Made by a program: the position numbers and the translations under genes. The notes under the pieces were generated by a model, which made no database searches, was not told the DNA's origin, and was given only the letters and a program-made list of their open reading frames with translations. Positions 18,277 to 28,979 of a stretch of DNA of 64,000 nucleotides are shown one piece after another. Each line of letters starts with the position of its first letter. Position 1 is the first letter of the stretch. This stretch comes from an uncultured Gammaproteobacteria bacterium (GTDB lineage: Bacteria > Pseudomonadota > Gammaproteobacteria > GCA-001735895): assembly GCA_963768295.1 (NCBI GenBank), contig CAVYHN010000032.1, positions 246-64,245 on the forward strand, written 5' to 3'.

Positions 18277-18959
18277 GCAATCGCCTTTCACTGGGTCAGG
18301 CCTTTATCTTCCTGCTCAGGCGAGATTTGTTGCTGGCGTTGCGCAATCGCGCGGAATATGCGATGCCACTATTGTTTTTTGTACTGGTGATCACCATGTT
18401 CCCACTGGCGCTTGGCGCGCTGCCAGAACTGCTGGCGCGAATTGCACCCGGAATTATCTGGGTTGCGGCGTTGCTCGCGGCGATGTTGTCGCTGGATAGC
18501 ATTTTTCGCTCGGACTTCGACGATGGCTCGCTCGAACAGATCCTGCTGAGCGCGCATCCGGTGGCGATACTGGTGCTGGCTAAGGTCAGTGCGCACTGGT
18601 TGGTAACGGGTTTGCCGTTGCTGATTGTGGCGCCATTGTTAGCCGAAATGCTGGGCATGTCGACAGTGGCGCAACCGACGCTTTTGTTAACTATTTTGAT
18701 TGGCACGCCAATTCTGAGTTTGATTGGCGCAATTGGTGTAGCATTAACGGTTGGTTTACGAAAAGGTGGTATTATCCTGTCGCTTTTGGTGTTGCCTCTG
18801 TATGTGCCGGTGCTGATTTTTGCCGCCAGTGCGATCGAAAATGCCGCGATGGGATTCGAAGTTTCCGCGCAGATCTACATGCTGCTGGCATTTTTGCTGT
18901 TGTCGGTCTCGCTATCGCCCTGGGCAACTGCCGCAGCCCTGAGAATGTCGGCAAGTTAA
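18273..18959 (+). CDS. ccmB: Heme exporter protein CcmB
   Basis: FRSDFDDGSLEQ, KVSAHWLVTGLP, LLVLPLYVPVLIF. Confidence 0.95.
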   Translation: MSNRLSLGQAFIFLLRRDLLLALRNRAEYAMPLLFFVLVITMFPLALGALPELLARIAPGIIWVAALLAAMLSLDSIFRSDFDDGSLEQILLSAHPVAILVLAKVSAHWLVTGLPLLIVAPLLAEMLGMSTVAQPTLLLTILIGTPILSLIGAIGVALTVGLRKGGIILSLLVLPLYVPVLIFAASAIENAAMGFEVSAQIYMLLAFLLLSVSLSPWATAAALRMSAS

Positions 18960-18969
18960 ACGGATAAAT

Positions 18970-19695
18970 ATGTTTCTGTGGTTTCACAAATTGGGTTCGC
19001 CGCCACATTTTTATCGGATCGCCGGTAAATGGATACCCTGGCTAAGCGGGATATTTCTGACGCTGCTGCTGGCCGGTCTTTATGGAGGTCTGATTTTAGC
19101 GCCGCCGGACTATCAACAGGGCGAAAGTTATCGCATCATTTTCGTGCATGTGCCGGCGGCCTGGATGTCGCTCTTCATTTATGTCGCCATGGCATTTTGC
19201 GGCATCGTGGTAATCGTCTGGCGCATGAAGCTGGCCGAAGTAGTATTGATCAGCAGCGCGCCGATTGGCGCCAGCTTTACCTTTCTGGCCCTGGTTACCG
19301 GTTCGCTCTGGGGTAAACCCATGTGGGGTACCTACTGGGTCTGGGATGCGCGCCTGACCTCTGAACTCATCCTGTTGTTTCTGTACCTGGGTGTTATCGG
19401 CCTGCATAACGCGATCGAGGATAAACGTGTCGCCGCGCGCGCGGTCGCGATCCTGGCGCTGGTCGGGGTCGTAAATGTTCCTATAATTCATTATTCGGTG
19501 GAATGGTGGCACTCACTGCACCAGGGCGCCTCGTTGAGCAAATTCGATAAGCCCTCGATGCCGCCGAGCATGTATGTGCCGATCCTGATCATGGCGCTCG
19601 CGTTCCAGTTTTATTACGCGCTGACGTTGTTTCACAAATGTCGCGCAGAGCTGTTGCAGCGTGAACGAAACAGTAAATGGGTTGGGGAACTTTAA
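18970..19695 (+). CDS. ccmC: Heme exporter protein CcmC
   Basis: HVPAAW, WGKPMWGTYWVWDARLTS tryptophan-rich motif, SVEWWHSLHQ. Confidence 0.96.
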   Translation: MFLWFHKLGSPPHFYRIAGKWIPWLSGIFLTLLLAGLYGGLILAPPDYQQGESYRIIFVHVPAAWMSLFIYVAMAFCGIVVIVWRMKLAEVVLISSAPIGASFTFLALVTGSLWGKPMWGTYWVWDARLTSELILLFLYLGVIGLHNAIEDKRVAARAVAILALVGVVNVPIIHYSVEWWHSLHQGASLSKFDKPSMPPSMYVPILIMALAFQFYYALTLFHKCRAELLQRERNSKWVGEL

Positions 19696-19854
19696 GTGGC
19701 TGAATTTTTCCAAATGGGGGGCTATGCCGCCTTTGTCTGGCCGAGCTACGCGCTGTGCGCGCTGGTGTTATGGCTGAACTGGTATTTGCCGCGTAAACAA
19801 CATGAGAAAGAATTGCGCCAGTTGAGACGGCGCCGGAAGGTTGAAAAAAAATGA
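19696..19854 (+). CDS. ccmD: Heme exporter protein CcmD (52 aa, absent from the ORF track)
   Basis: GTG start; MAEFFQMGGYAAFVWPSY, one TM segment and a basic tail; ATGA overlap with ccmE. Confidence 0.9.
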   Translation: MAEFFQMGGYAAFVWPSYALCALVLWLNWYLPRKQHEKELRQLRRRRKVEKK

Positions 19855-20285
19855 CCCCTGCACGCAAAAAGAGACTTTTATTAATTTCCCTGATGGTCGC
19901 CGGTGTTGCCGTCGGTGTCGGTCTGGCGCTGAAGTCGCTGGATGAAAATATCATGTTCTTTTTTACCCCGACCGAGGTGACAGCCGGTAAAGCCCCCGGC
20001 AACAAGCTGTTTCGCATGGGTGGCATGGTTGTTAACGGCAGCGTAAGCCGTCCCGGGGATGGCTTGACCGTACAGTTCGATCTGACCGATAACGAAAAGC
20101 AGGTCACGGTGCGCTATGCTGGCATCCTGCCGGACCTGTTCCGCGAAGGGCAGGGCATCATCGCCAATGGCAAGTTGAATGACCGGGGCGAATTTGTCGC
20201 CCAGGAAGTACTGGCCAAGCATGACGAAAACTATATGCCGCCAGAGTTGGCCGGCATGCATAAACCCGGGGAAACTCAGCAGTGA
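19851..20285 (+). CDS. ccmE: Heme chaperone CcmE
   Basis: YAGILPDLFREGQG and VLAKHDENYMPPE. Confidence 0.96.
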   Translation: MTPARKKRLLLISLMVAGVAVGVGLALKSLDENIMFFFTPTEVTAGKAPGNKLFRMGGMVVNGSVSRPGDGLTVQFDLTDNEKQVTVRYAGILPDLFREGQGIIANGKLNDRGEFVAQEVLAKHDENYMPPELAGMHKPGETQQ

Positions 20286-22252
20286 TTCCTGAAATCGGAC
20301 ATTTTGCCCTGATCATAGGGCTTGTTATCGTCGTCATTCAGGCGCTGGTTCCCCTGGCCGGCACCATTCTCGGGATGCAGCGCTGGGTTGCCATGGCCGT
20401 ACCGGCCGCGCTGGCGCAACTGCTGTTTATCGGCATATCTTATGGCTGCCTGACCTGGGCATTTCTGGTTCACGATTTCTCGGTGGCGTACGTGGCGCAG
20501 AATTCGAACAGCGGCTTGCCCCTGATTTACCGCATTTCCGGGGTCTGGGGCGCACACGAAGGTTCCCTGCTGTTGTGGGCCCTGGTGTTGTCGCTGTGGA
20601 CCGGCGCGGTTGCGCTATTCACCCCGAATGTGCCGCGTGCGATGCGCGCGCGCGTGCTGGCGGTGCTCGGCATGGTCAGCTGCGGTTTTCTGCTGTTTAT
20701 CATCGTCACCTCAAATCCGTTCGAACGCCTGCTTCCGGCCGCGGCCGAGGGCCGCGATCTGAATCCACTGTTGCAGGATATCGGACTCGCGATACACCCA
20801 CCGATGCTGTATCTAGGGTATGTCGGATTCTCGGTCGCCTTCGCGTTTTCGATCGCGGCGCTTATGTCCGGGCAGGTGGATTCGGCCTGGGCGCGCTGGG
20901 CGCGACCCTGGACCAATATCGCCTGGTTATTTCTGACGCTCGGTATCGCGCTCGGTAGCTGGTGGGCTTATTACGAACTGGGCTGGGGCGGCTGGTGGTT
21001 CTGGGACCCGGTGGAAAATGCATCATTCATGCCGTGGCTGGTCGGCACCGCGTTAATGCATTCGCTCGCTATCACCGAAAAACGCGGCACTTTCAAGGCC
21101 TGGACCGCGCTACTGGCGATATTTGCGTTTGCCTTGAGCCTGCTTGGGACCTTCCTGGTGCGCTCCGGCGTGCTGACCTCGGTTCATGCTTTCGCCAGCG
21201 ACCCGGAACGGGGTGTGTTCATCCTCGGCTTCCTGGTGCTGGTGGTCGGTGGCTCGCTGACGCTGTACGCCTGGCGTGCGCCCCTGCTGAAGAGCGCCGC
21301 GCAGACCAGTATATTCTCGCGCGACGGCGCATTGCTGCTAAATAATATCTTTCTGGCAGTGGTCACCGCGGCGATTCTGCTGGGCACCCTGTATCCGATA
21401 GCGATCGACGCGATGGGCGGCAAGATCTCGGTGGGTCCACCTTATTTCAACCTGATGTTTATCCTGCTGACCGCTCCGCTCGGCGTGTTTATCGGAATTG
21501 GCATGCTGATCCGCTGGAAGAGCGATAGCCTGCAGCGATTGAAGTCGAAGCTCTGGTTGCCGGCGCTGCTGGCGCTGGTGCTGGGAGCGGGTTTCGCCCT
21601 GCTGCAGCCCGACTGGCAGTGGGCCGCGTTTGCCGGGCTGGCGATGGCGGTTTGGATCGCCATTACCGCCGTGCTGGCCATCCATGAAAGATTTCGCAAC
21701 CGTTCGTTTGCGTCGGCGCTACGGGCAACGCCAGCCGGATTTTACGGCATGCTGCTCGGTCATATCGGTATCGCGGTTTTCATCGTCGGCGTGACGCTGA
21801 CCAGTCTCTACACCAAGGAAAAGGATTTGCGCATGGCGCCTGGCGATACCTACTCGGTCGCCGGTTACGAATTCACCTTCCACGGCGTGCGTGATTTCAA
21901 TATCGATAACTATGTGGCCACCCGGGGCGGATTTACCGTGCGCTCCGAGAGCGGCAATTACAAGGCCGAGATGTTTCCCGAGAAGCGGATTTATCGGGTC
22001 CAGACCATGCCGATGACGGAAGCGGCGATCGATGCCGGCTTAACGCGTGACCTGTTTATCGCGCTCGGCGAACCACTCGACCAGCAAGGCGCGTGGGCGA
22101 TACGAATTTACTACAAGCCGTTTATCCGCTGGATCTGGCTCGGTGCAATTATCATGGCGGTCGGCGGCCTGTTCGCCGCCAGCGATCGCCGCTACCGGCG
22201 GCTGGCGCGCAGCAGCAGTCCAGCAACCGACGCCGGGGAGCGGGTAACGTGA
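20282..22252 (+). CDS. ccmF: Heme lyase CcmF
   Basis: WGAHEGS, IHPP, WAYYELGWGGWWFWDPVENAS, SVHAF. Confidence 0.97.
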   Translation: MIPEIGHFALIIGLVIVVIQALVPLAGTILGMQRWVAMAVPAALAQLLFIGISYGCLTWAFLVHDFSVAYVAQNSNSGLPLIYRISGVWGAHEGSLLLWALVLSLWTGAVALFTPNVPRAMRARVLAVLGMVSCGFLLFIIVTSNPFERLLPAAAEGRDLNPLLQDIGLAIHPPMLYLGYVGFSVAFAFSIAALMSGQVDSAWARWARPWTNIAWLFLTLGIALGSWWAYYELGWGGWWFWDPVENASFMPWLVGTALMHSLAITEKRGTFKAWTALLAIFAFALSLLGTFLVRSGVLTSVHAFASDPERGVFILGFLVLVVGGSLTLYAWRAPLLKSAAQTSIFSRDGALLLNNIFLAVVTAAILLGTLYPIAIDAMGGKISVGPPYFNLMFILLTAPLGVFIGIGMLIRWKSDSLQRLKSKLWLPALLALVLGAGFALLQPDWQWAAFAGLAMAVWIAITAVLAIHERFRNRSFASALRATPAGFYGMLLGHIGIAVFIVGVTLTSLYTKEKDLRMAPGDTYSVAGYEFTFHGVRDFNIDNYVATRGGFTVRSESGNYKAEMFPEKRIYRVQTMPMTEAAIDAGLTRDLFIALGEPLDQQGAWAIRIYYKPFIRWIWLGAIIMAVGGLFAASDRRYRRLARSSSPATDAGERVT

Positions 22253-22773
22253 TCCGATTCGCCCTGCCGCTTGCAGTCTTTGTATTGATGGTCGGCCTGC
22301 TGGGTTATGGACTGCGTCTCGATCCGAAAAAGGTGCCGTCGCCGTTAATCGATAAAGCGGCGCCGGCGTTTTCACTGGCGATGCTGGAAGATCCCTCGCG
22401 CCAGCTGTCGACCGGCGACATGACCGGCCAGGTCTGGATACTCAACGTATGGGCTTCGTGGTGTGTATCCTGTCGTGCCGAACACGAGGTGATTACCGCG
22501 CTGGCGAAGCGCAACCTGGTCACCGTGATCGGACTCAATTACAAGGATAAACCGGATGACGCGGCGCGCTGGCTCGAGCAGTTCGGCAATCCCTATGCGA
22601 CCAGCGTGATCGATAGCGATGGCCGGGTCGGGATCGACTGGGGGGTTTACGGGGTACCGGAGACTTTCGTTATCGGCGCCGACGGAATGATCAAGTACAA
22701 GCATATCGGTCCGGTCACGCATGAATCGCTGGAACAGAAAATAATGCCGATACTCAAGGAGTTGCTGAGTTGA
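22249..22773 (+). CDS. ccmG: Thiol:disulfide interchange protein CcmG/DsbE
   Basis: GTG start at 22249 overlapping the ccmF stop; NVWASWCVSC; GVYGVPETF. Confidence 0.94.
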   Translation: MIRFALPLAVFVLMVGLLGYGLRLDPKKVPSPLIDKAAPAFSLAMLEDPSRQLSTGDMTGQVWILNVWASWCVSCRAEHEVITALAKRNLVTVIGLNYKDKPDDAARWLEQFGNPYATSVIDSDGRVGIDWGVYGVPETFVIGADGMIKYKHIGPVTHESLEQKIMPILKELLS

Positions 22774-23246
22774 AACCATTGCTGTTACTGCTTCTGATCG
22801 GATTATTCATCACTCCGGCGCGGGCCGCGATCGAAGCCTATGAATTTGATTCGCCCGAAATGGAAGCCGACTACAACCAGCTCGTCGATGAGCTGCGTTG
22901 CCTGGTCTGTCAAAACCAGAACCTGGCCGGGTCCGATGCCGACCTGGCGCAGGATTTGCGGCGCGAAACCTATGAAATGCTGCAACAGGGCAAATCCCAG
23001 CAAGAGGTGATTGAGTTCATGGTCGCCCGTTATGGCGATTTTGTGCTCTATCGGCCACAGTTCAAGTCCAGCACCTACCTGCTGTGGTTGGGACCATTCC
23101 TGCTGTTGGTGGTGGTGCTCGTTGTCGTGCTGCGGCGCTTGCGCGCTGCCGCGAAACCGGTGGAAGTCGGCGCCGAGGCGCTTGCGGACGCCAGAAACTT
23201 GCTCGAACGAGACGAGCCCGATAAAAAAGAAGAGTCTGATAAATGA
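22770..23246 (+). CDS. ccmH: Cytochrome c biogenesis protein CcmH
   Basis: LRCLVCQNQ and RYGDFVLYRP. Confidence 0.94.
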   Translation: MKPLLLLLLIGLFITPARAAIEAYEFDSPEMEADYNQLVDELRCLVCQNQNLAGSDADLAQDLRRETYEMLQQGKSQQEVIEFMVARYGDFVLYRPQFKSSTYLLWLGPFLLLVVVLVVVLRRLRAAAKPVEVGAEALADARNLLERDEPDKKEESDK

Positions 23247-24466
23247 GTTTCTGGATTTTTGTTATTGCGTTGCTCGCGCTCGCGCTCGTGATTCTGTTGC
23301 TTCCGCTACTGCGTGCCGCGCGCGCGCAGCAGGATGATCAGCGCCAGCAGCAGAATATTCAGATTGCGCGCGAGAAGAAACAGCAGCTCGAAGCGCAGCT
23401 GGCAGAAGGGGAAATCGACCAGGCAAGTTTCGACGGCGCCTACCGGGATTTGCAGAACGCGCTCGCGCTGGAGCTGAATAATGCTCAGCAGGAAGATCAA
23501 AAAGCGCCTGGTAAATGGATGGCGCTGGTGGTAATGCTCACTATCCCAGCGGCCAGCGTTGCGCTCTACCTGATGTACGGTGAGTACCGGGTGATCGAGA
23601 ATCCGGATCTGGCGCGTGCCGCGCCGGCGCAGCAAACCGCGGCCGCGCCGCAAATGAGCCTCGAGGAAATGGAAGCCGCAATCAAGGATCGGCTGCGTGA
23701 CAATCCAGAAGACGCCGAGGGCTGGTTCATGCTGGGCCGTGCGATGATGGCTAAACAGCAGTTTGGCGAGGCAGTGACCGCGTTTCAGCGCAGCAACGAC
23801 CTGTTGGCCAACGAACCCGGCATCATGTTTGCGCTCGCCGATGCGCTGGCGATGCAGAACAATGGTAATCTGCTGGGCGAGCCAGAAGTGCTGGTGCTGA
23901 ATGGATTGAAGCTGGCGCCGCGTTTTCCGAATGGCCTGTGGCTTGCGGGCATGGCCGCTGAACAGCGCCAGGATTACAAAGCGGCGCACCGTTACTGGAC
24001 GCAATTGTTGCCCCTGATTGCGGATAATCCGGCCTCGACGCGCGAAATAAAAAGCTTGCTGAGCATGCTCGAGGAACGCGATCCCGAGCTGCTAAGCGCG
24101 GTGGCGGCGAGCTCTGGCGGCGGCAGTTTAAGCCTGGTAGTCGATATCAGCCCGCAATTGAAGGCAAAAGCGAAACCCGGGGACGCCGTGTTTGTCTATG
24201 CCAAGGCAATGCAGGGTCCGCCGATGCCGCTGGCGGTGAGGAAACTCACGCTGGCCGATTTGCCGGTCGCCCTGACCCTGAGCGATGCCGACGCGATGAT
24301 GCCATCGATGAAACTGTCTTCATTCAACCAGGTCGTCGTCGGCGCGCGCGTGTCGACCAGCGGCAACCCGGTGGCGCAGGCGGGCGATTTCTACACCGAA
24401 ATCGGGTCGATCGACAGCGCCAATCCACCGGCCGAAATATCGCTGACCATCGACCAGGTCAAGTAA
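23243..24466 (+). CDS. ccmI: Cytochrome c biogenesis protein CcmI/CycH (TPR plus C-terminal domain)
   Basis: N-terminal TM segments, TPR (DNPEDAEGWFMLGR) and C-terminal AMQGPPMPLAV domain. Confidence 0.92.
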   Translation: MSFWIFVIALLALALVILLLPLLRAARAQQDDQRQQQNIQIAREKKQQLEAQLAEGEIDQASFDGAYRDLQNALALELNNAQQEDQKAPGKWMALVVMLTIPAASVALYLMYGEYRVIENPDLARAAPAQQTAAAPQMSLEEMEAAIKDRLRDNPEDAEGWFMLGRAMMAKQQFGEAVTAFQRSNDLLANEPGIMFALADALAMQNNGNLLGEPEVLVLNGLKLAPRFPNGLWLAGMAAEQRQDYKAAHRYWTQLLPLIADNPASTREIKSLLSMLEERDPELLSAVAASSGGGSLSLVVDISPQLKAKAKPGDAVFVYAKAMQGPPMPLAVRKLTLADLPVALTLSDADAMMPSMKLSSFNQVVVGARVSTSGNPVAQAGDFYTEIGSIDSANPPAEISLTIDQVK

Positions 24467-24481
24467 CCTGCGGCGCGCATT

Positions 24482-24503
24482 CGCCCGGAATCAGATCCGG
24501 GCG
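24482..24503. terminator. Hairpin between convergent genes
   Basis: CGCCCGGA-ATCAGA-TCCGGGCG just after the ccmI stop. Confidence 0.5.
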
Positions 24504-24518
24504 CACGTAACACAGTTC

Positions 24519-25676
24519 TTAATCCATTACGGCCGGGAAGATATGGTCTCGCAGCAGATCAAAAACTCGCCGGTAGTCAGCGGCATAAATATCCGCTGTC
24601 GATACCACTACCATATTCAAATGGGGGATCACAAAAATAAACTGCCCGCCGTATCCCCAGGCGAAGTAGACATCGTTGACCGCCAGGTCAGCGATGGTGG
24701 GATCCTGATCCTGAAACCTCCACCACTGATAGCCATAACCATAAGTCGAATCGGCACTATCCGGATCGGCGTTTACATGCTTGCTGGTTGATAGCTTTAC
24801 CCATTCTTGCGGAATCAATTGCTGGTCGAGCCAGCGACCGTTGTTGAGAAAAAGAATGCCGAATTTTGCCAGGTCGCTGCGGCGCATTGCCAATCCAGAA
24901 TAAGTATTGGTTATGCCGCCGCGTGCAATCGTCCAGGAGTAATTTTCGATACCGAGCGGCTTGAACAGGTTTTCGATGGCGAAAGCTTCTGCTGTCTGGC
25001 CAGTGGATTTTTGCAAAATACTCGATAACAGGAGCGTACAACCGCTGCTATAGTTCAGATATTCTCCCGCTGTGTGGCTCATCGGCGAATCAATAACATG
25101 CTTAACCCAGTCCGGGCTGCGCAGCATAATATTAAAATCGTTTTGCGGATCGGCATAGCTGGTCGCAAGCTCATTCCATTGAAAACCCGCGGTCATCGTC
25201 AACACGTTCCCCAGCGTGATTTTCTGTTTGCGTGCATCCAGGTTTTGTATATCTTGGTACTCTGGAAAATAACCGAGCATATTTGATTTTACACCCTCGA
25301 TCTTGCCCTGTTCGATGGCGATGCCGATCAAAGCCGAGGTAATGGTCTTGGTGACGGATAGAACAGGGCGTTTATATTCCCGTCCGTGGTATTCAGGGGA
25401 AAAATACTTTTCCAGCACCAGGTAGTTGTTACGTACCACTAACAGGGCATCGATCTCGCCGTAGTCCCCGTTGTCGATTTTGCTAAGCGCCGCGTTTAGT
25501 TGGCGGCTGTCCAGGTTTTGCGATTCTGGCGTGGCTTCGGTTAAAGGTATCTGCGCGAGTTCATTCGCCGTCAAACCCGAGTGCCAACTGCCGACAAGCA
25601 GAAACAAGGTGCCAACCAGAAACAATGAAAAACGGTTTTCCACGGCTTGAACTTTGCTCCCTTTCCAAAAATTCAC
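24519..25676 (-). CDS. Serine hydrolase (beta-lactamase class C / AmpC-like family)
   Basis: SVTK (SxxK), LTMTAG, NYSSG, YGYQWW, AWGYGGQ; N-terminal signal peptide. Confidence 0.9.
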   Translation of the reverse strand: MNFWKGSKVQAVENRFSLFLVGTLFLLVGSWHSGLTANELAQIPLTEATPESQNLDSRQLNAALSKIDNGDYGEIDALLVVRNNYLVLEKYFSPEYHGREYKRPVLSVTKTITSALIGIAIEQGKIEGVKSNMLGYFPEYQDIQNLDARKQKITLGNVLTMTAGFQWNELATSYADPQNDFNIMLRSPDWVKHVIDSPMSHTAGEYLNYSSGCTLLLSSILQKSTGQTAEAFAIENLFKPLGIENYSWTIARGGITNTYSGLAMRRSDLAKFGILFLNNGRWLDQQLIPQEWVKLSTSKHVNADPDSADSTYGYGYQWWRFQDQDPTIADLAVNDVYFAWGYGGQFIFVIPHLNMVVVSTADIYAADYRRVFDLLRDHIFPAVMD

Positions 25677-25749
25677 CTTTCCGAGTTGATCTCGAGCTCG
25701 CCTTATCGGACGGCAACAAAAAGGCCGCCGGGTTAATAGATACTTGTCG

Positions 25750-26109
25750 TCAGCCGAACACCTGCTTGATTTCGTCGAAGGGCGCGGTTATGGCGAAGAC
25801 CCGGTTGTAGCCGAGTTGCTTGAGCGAATGCGCCGCCAGCGAGGCGCGACCGCCGCCGCCGCAATGTGTGATGATCACGGTGTTGGCATCGGGGCATTCC
25901 TTGTGCACGTCGTATTCCAGCACTCCACGCGAAATGTTGATCGAATTCGTCAGTTTCGATTCGCTCGCCTTGTGCGCTTCGCGCACGTCGACGATGACCG
26001 CATCGGGGCTTTCGTCATAAATTTTCTTCGCGGTTTCTACATCCACGCATTCGATGTGCTGCTGGGCCTCTCTGATCAGGTCGTCTGCAGATTTGAGCAT
26101 TTTTAGCAC
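25750..26109 (-). CDS. Single-domain rhodanese-like protein
   Basis: IVDVRE, NISRGVLE, active-site loop HCGGGGRA. Confidence 0.88.
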   Translation of the reverse strand: MLKMLKSADDLIREAQQHIECVDVETAKKIYDESPDAVIVDVREAHKASESKLTNSINISRGVLEYDVHKECPDANTVIITHCGGGGRASLAAHSLKQLGYNRVFAITAPFDEIKQVFG

Positions 26110-26168
26110 CTGTTTTTTGACTCCGGAAGCGAGTAGTTTATCTTATTGGCAAGGAACAACAATCATCG

Positions 26169-26504
26169 GTGTCGGCCCGGCGATTTTTAATCGCGGGTGA
26201 TGTCAGGCATACGGAGATCCCGCTTTGCGCAACCATCGGTTACATGTTTTCCCGAGGCGGGGATACAAGCCCATATGTAAGGCTGGGTGTCGTAGATCAT
26301 TCCGTCAGTGGTGACTACGTGGAGAGCAGCGACTCTGGCGTACTGACGGTTATCGGCGTCGAGTTTGGTCGCAAGCAGGGGCTTAACTGGGGAATCGAAC
26401 TCAGCGTGGACGATTCTACGGTGGAATTCGAGGATTTGAGCAAGGCAGGTAATACCGAAATCGAAACATACGATCGCCAGCTAACCTTGTTCTTTTTGTT
26501 TTAA
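26169..26504 (+). pseudogene. Possible C-terminal remnant of an outer-membrane beta-barrel gene
   Basis: Beta-strand-like segments (ATIGYMF, SPYVRLG, WGIELS) and C-terminal LTLFFLF, but no signal peptide or N-terminal half; in-frame stop at 26118. Confidence 0.4.
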
Positions 26505-26578
26505 CTGCGGCTGACGAGACGAGCCTGGATTCGCCTGCAGGCCCAGGTAGCTTCTTGCCTCCAGTTTCGATTAGCGGG

Positions 26579-27484
26579 CTAGTCCTGGAAGGTTTCGGCG
26601 ACGGCTGCTTGCCGTGCCGGAATCGAGCGGGGGTTCCAGTTAACAAGCGCCCATGCGAGCACCTCGGCGGGGCTGCTTTGGCCCAGCGCGGTGTCAGGCC
26701 CCTGGCCGAGATGCCTTAATGCGGCCATTAGCTGCGTCGACGCATTGCGATGATCGATCGGATTGGCGCCGGTTTGCTTGCTGAGCTTGACTCCCTGCGC
26801 ATTGTCGACCAGCGGGACGTGCAGGTAGCGCGGCGTGGCAAATCCCAGTTTCTGCTGCAGGTAAATATGCAGGCAGGTGTTTTCCAGCAGGTCGGCGCCG
26901 CGCACCACTTCGTCGATACCCTGCAACTGATCATCGACGACCACGGCGAGATGGTAGGCGTAGATACTATCGACTCGCCTGAGCACGAAATCGCCGACCG
27001 AATCAGGCAACTTCAACTCGAAGCGGCCATAGACCTGGTCTTCAAATCCGATGGTCGTTGCGCTTTCGGTATTCAGCCGAATCGAGCGACCCTCGGGCGC
27101 AAGGTTTTTGCGGCGGCAATTGCCGGGATAGATTTGACCCAGCGGGCCGGTGCGCACGCCCTGTTCACGCAGGCTGCGGCGGCTGCATTCACAGGCGTAG
27201 CAGTCACCTTGCGCGAGTAGCTTCTCGAGGTAAAAGCGGTAGTGCTCGAATTGATCGCTTTGATACAGGACCGGGCCATCCCAGGCGAATCCGAAAGCTT
27301 CGAGGTCACGCAGAATCTGGTCACTCGCTCCGCTGACAACCCGCGGTGTGTCGACATCTTCGATGCGCAGTAGCCAGCGTCCCTGGCGGGATTTCGCCTG
27401 GCAATAACTTGCCAGCGCTGCCACCAGTGATCCGAAATGCAATGGACCAGAAGGGGAGGGTGCAAAACGACCGGTCGTCGACAT
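26579..27484 (-). CDS. gluQ: tRNA glutamyl-Q(34) synthetase GluQRS
   Basis: GRFAPSPSGPLHFGS, LRIEDVDTPR, VVRGADL, KLSKQ; ~300 aa, no anticodon-binding domain. Confidence 0.94.
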   Translation of the reverse strand: MSTTGRFAPSPSGPLHFGSLVAALASYCQAKSRQGRWLLRIEDVDTPRVVSGASDQILRDLEAFGFAWDGPVLYQSDQFEHYRFYLEKLLAQGDCYACECSRRSLREQGVRTGPLGQIYPGNCRRKNLAPEGRSIRLNTESATTIGFEDQVYGRFELKLPDSVGDFVLRRVDSIYAYHLAVVVDDQLQGIDEVVRGADLLENTCLHIYLQQKLGFATPRYLHVPLVDNAQGVKLSKQTGANPIDHRNASTQLMAALRHLGQGPDTALGQSSPAEVLAWALVNWNPRSIPARQAAVAETFQD

Positions 27485-28614
27485 CAGGTGAGCAGGTTTT
27501 TAAGAATACTCTGGTAAATATCGGATAGCATGTCGAGATCTTCGATATCGACATGCTCATTGACCTTGTGGATGGAATCGTTAACCGGCCCCAGTTCGAG
27601 CACTTGCGCCCCGGTAGGCGCGATGAAACGTCCGTCCGAAGTGCCGCCAGTAGTTTGCAGATCGGTGGTGATTCCGGTGTGCTGTCTTATTGCCTGCTGC
27701 GCGGCCTTGACCAGTTCGCCTTCGGGCGTCAGGAACGGGTAGCCCGAGATCGACCAGTCGATGTCATAGTCGAGTTCGTGTTTGTCGAGTATCACCCGGG
27801 TAGTTTCGATAATTTGCCGGGCGTCGATCTCGGTCGAATAGCGCAGGTTAAACCATACTTCGGCGTGTCCCGGGACGACGTTGTGCGCGCCCGTGCCCGA
27901 GTTGATGTTGGAGATCTGCAGGCTGGTCGGCGGAAAGAAACGATTACCCTGATCCCATTCGTGGCGCGCCAGATCGTGCAGCGCAGGCATCGCGCGATGG
28001 ATCGGATTGTCGACTTTGTGCGGATAAGCCACGTGGCCCTGTACGCCGTGAATCACCAGTTTAGCGCCAATCGAGCCGCGCCGACCGTTCTTGCATACAT
28101 CGCCGACATGCTCATGGCTCGAGGGCTCGCCGATCAACGCCCAGTCGATTTTTTCGCCACGCGCCTCCAGCGCCTCGATCACCCTGACGGTACCGTTGAT
28201 CGCTATGCCTTCCTCGTCGCTGGTAATCAAAAGCGCGATCGAGCCGAGATGATCGGCATGCTGTTCGACGAATCTTTCGCAGGCGGTGACCATCGCGGCG
28301 ATACTGGATTTCATATCCGCGGCGCCGCGGCCGTAGAGCACGCCGTCGCGAATTTCCGGCACGAAAGGGTCGCTATGCCACTTTTCCAGCGGACCGGGTG
28401 GGACCACGTCGGTGTGGCCGGCAAAGGCAAGCACTGGCCCACCTTGCCCGCGGCGCGCCCACAGGTTGGTGACATCGTCGAAAATCATGGTTTCACAGTT
28501 AAAGCCAATCTTGCTGAGTCGCTCGACCAGCATCGCCTGACAGCCCGCGTCGTCAGGCGTAACCGAGGCCCTGGCGATTAGATCGGAGGCCAATTGTACC
28601 GTTGTGCTACTCAT
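27484..28614 (-). CDS. dapE: Succinyl-diaminopimelate desuccinylase
   Basis: [40 protein letters not shown]. Confidence 0.96.
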   Translation of the reverse strand: MSSTTVQLASDLIARASVTPDDAGCQAMLVERLSKIGFNCETMIFDDVTNLWARRGQGGPVLAFAGHTDVVPPGPLEKWHSDPFVPEIRDGVLYGRGAADMKSSIAAMVTACERFVEQHADHLGSIALLITSDEEGIAINGTVRVIEALEARGEKIDWALIGEPSSHEHVGDVCKNGRRGSIGAKLVIHGVQGHVAYPHKVDNPIHRAMPALHDLARHEWDQGNRFFPPTSLQISNINSGTGAHNVVPGHAEVWFNLRYSTEIDARQIIETTRVILDKHELDYDIDWSISGYPFLTPEGELVKAAQQAIRQHTGITTDLQTTGGTSDGRFIAPTGAQVLELGPVNDSIHKVNEHVDIEDLDMLSDIYQSILKNLLT

Positions 28615-28617
28615 GGT

Positions 28618-28974
28618 TTAGCTGAATATTTCCTGGTATTGCTGCTCGTTGAAGCCAACGAAAAAATGATTCTTGCTGGCGAGTATCGGACGTTTGATGA
28701 TGGCCGGATTTTCCAGCATCAACTTTAACGCCGAGTCACGATCGATACGGTTTTTGATCGTATCGGGCAGTGCTCGCCAGGTGGTGCCGCGCCGATTCAG
28801 CATGGCCTCCCAGCCGAGCGTTGCTTCCATCGAATGTAACAGCGTCATATCGAGACCCTGTTTGCGGTAATCGTGAAAAGCGAACGCGATCTCTCTGCTA
28901 TCCAGCCAGTTCCTGGCTTTTTTGATCGTATCGCAGTTAGCGATGCCGTAAAGTCTGGTTTGGCCCGAGCTCAT
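28618..28974 (-). CDS. ArsC/Spx/MgsR family protein (YffB-like)
   Basis: YGIANCDTIKKA, LNRRGTTWR, IKRP; usual position between dapD and dapE. Confidence 0.9.
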   Translation of the reverse strand: MSSGQTRLYGIANCDTIKKARNWLDSREIAFAFHDYRKQGLDMTLLHSMEATLGWEAMLNRRGTTWRALPDTIKNRIDRDSALKLMLENPAIIKRPILASKNHFFVGFNEQQYQEIFS

Positions 28975-28979
28975 GGGTT

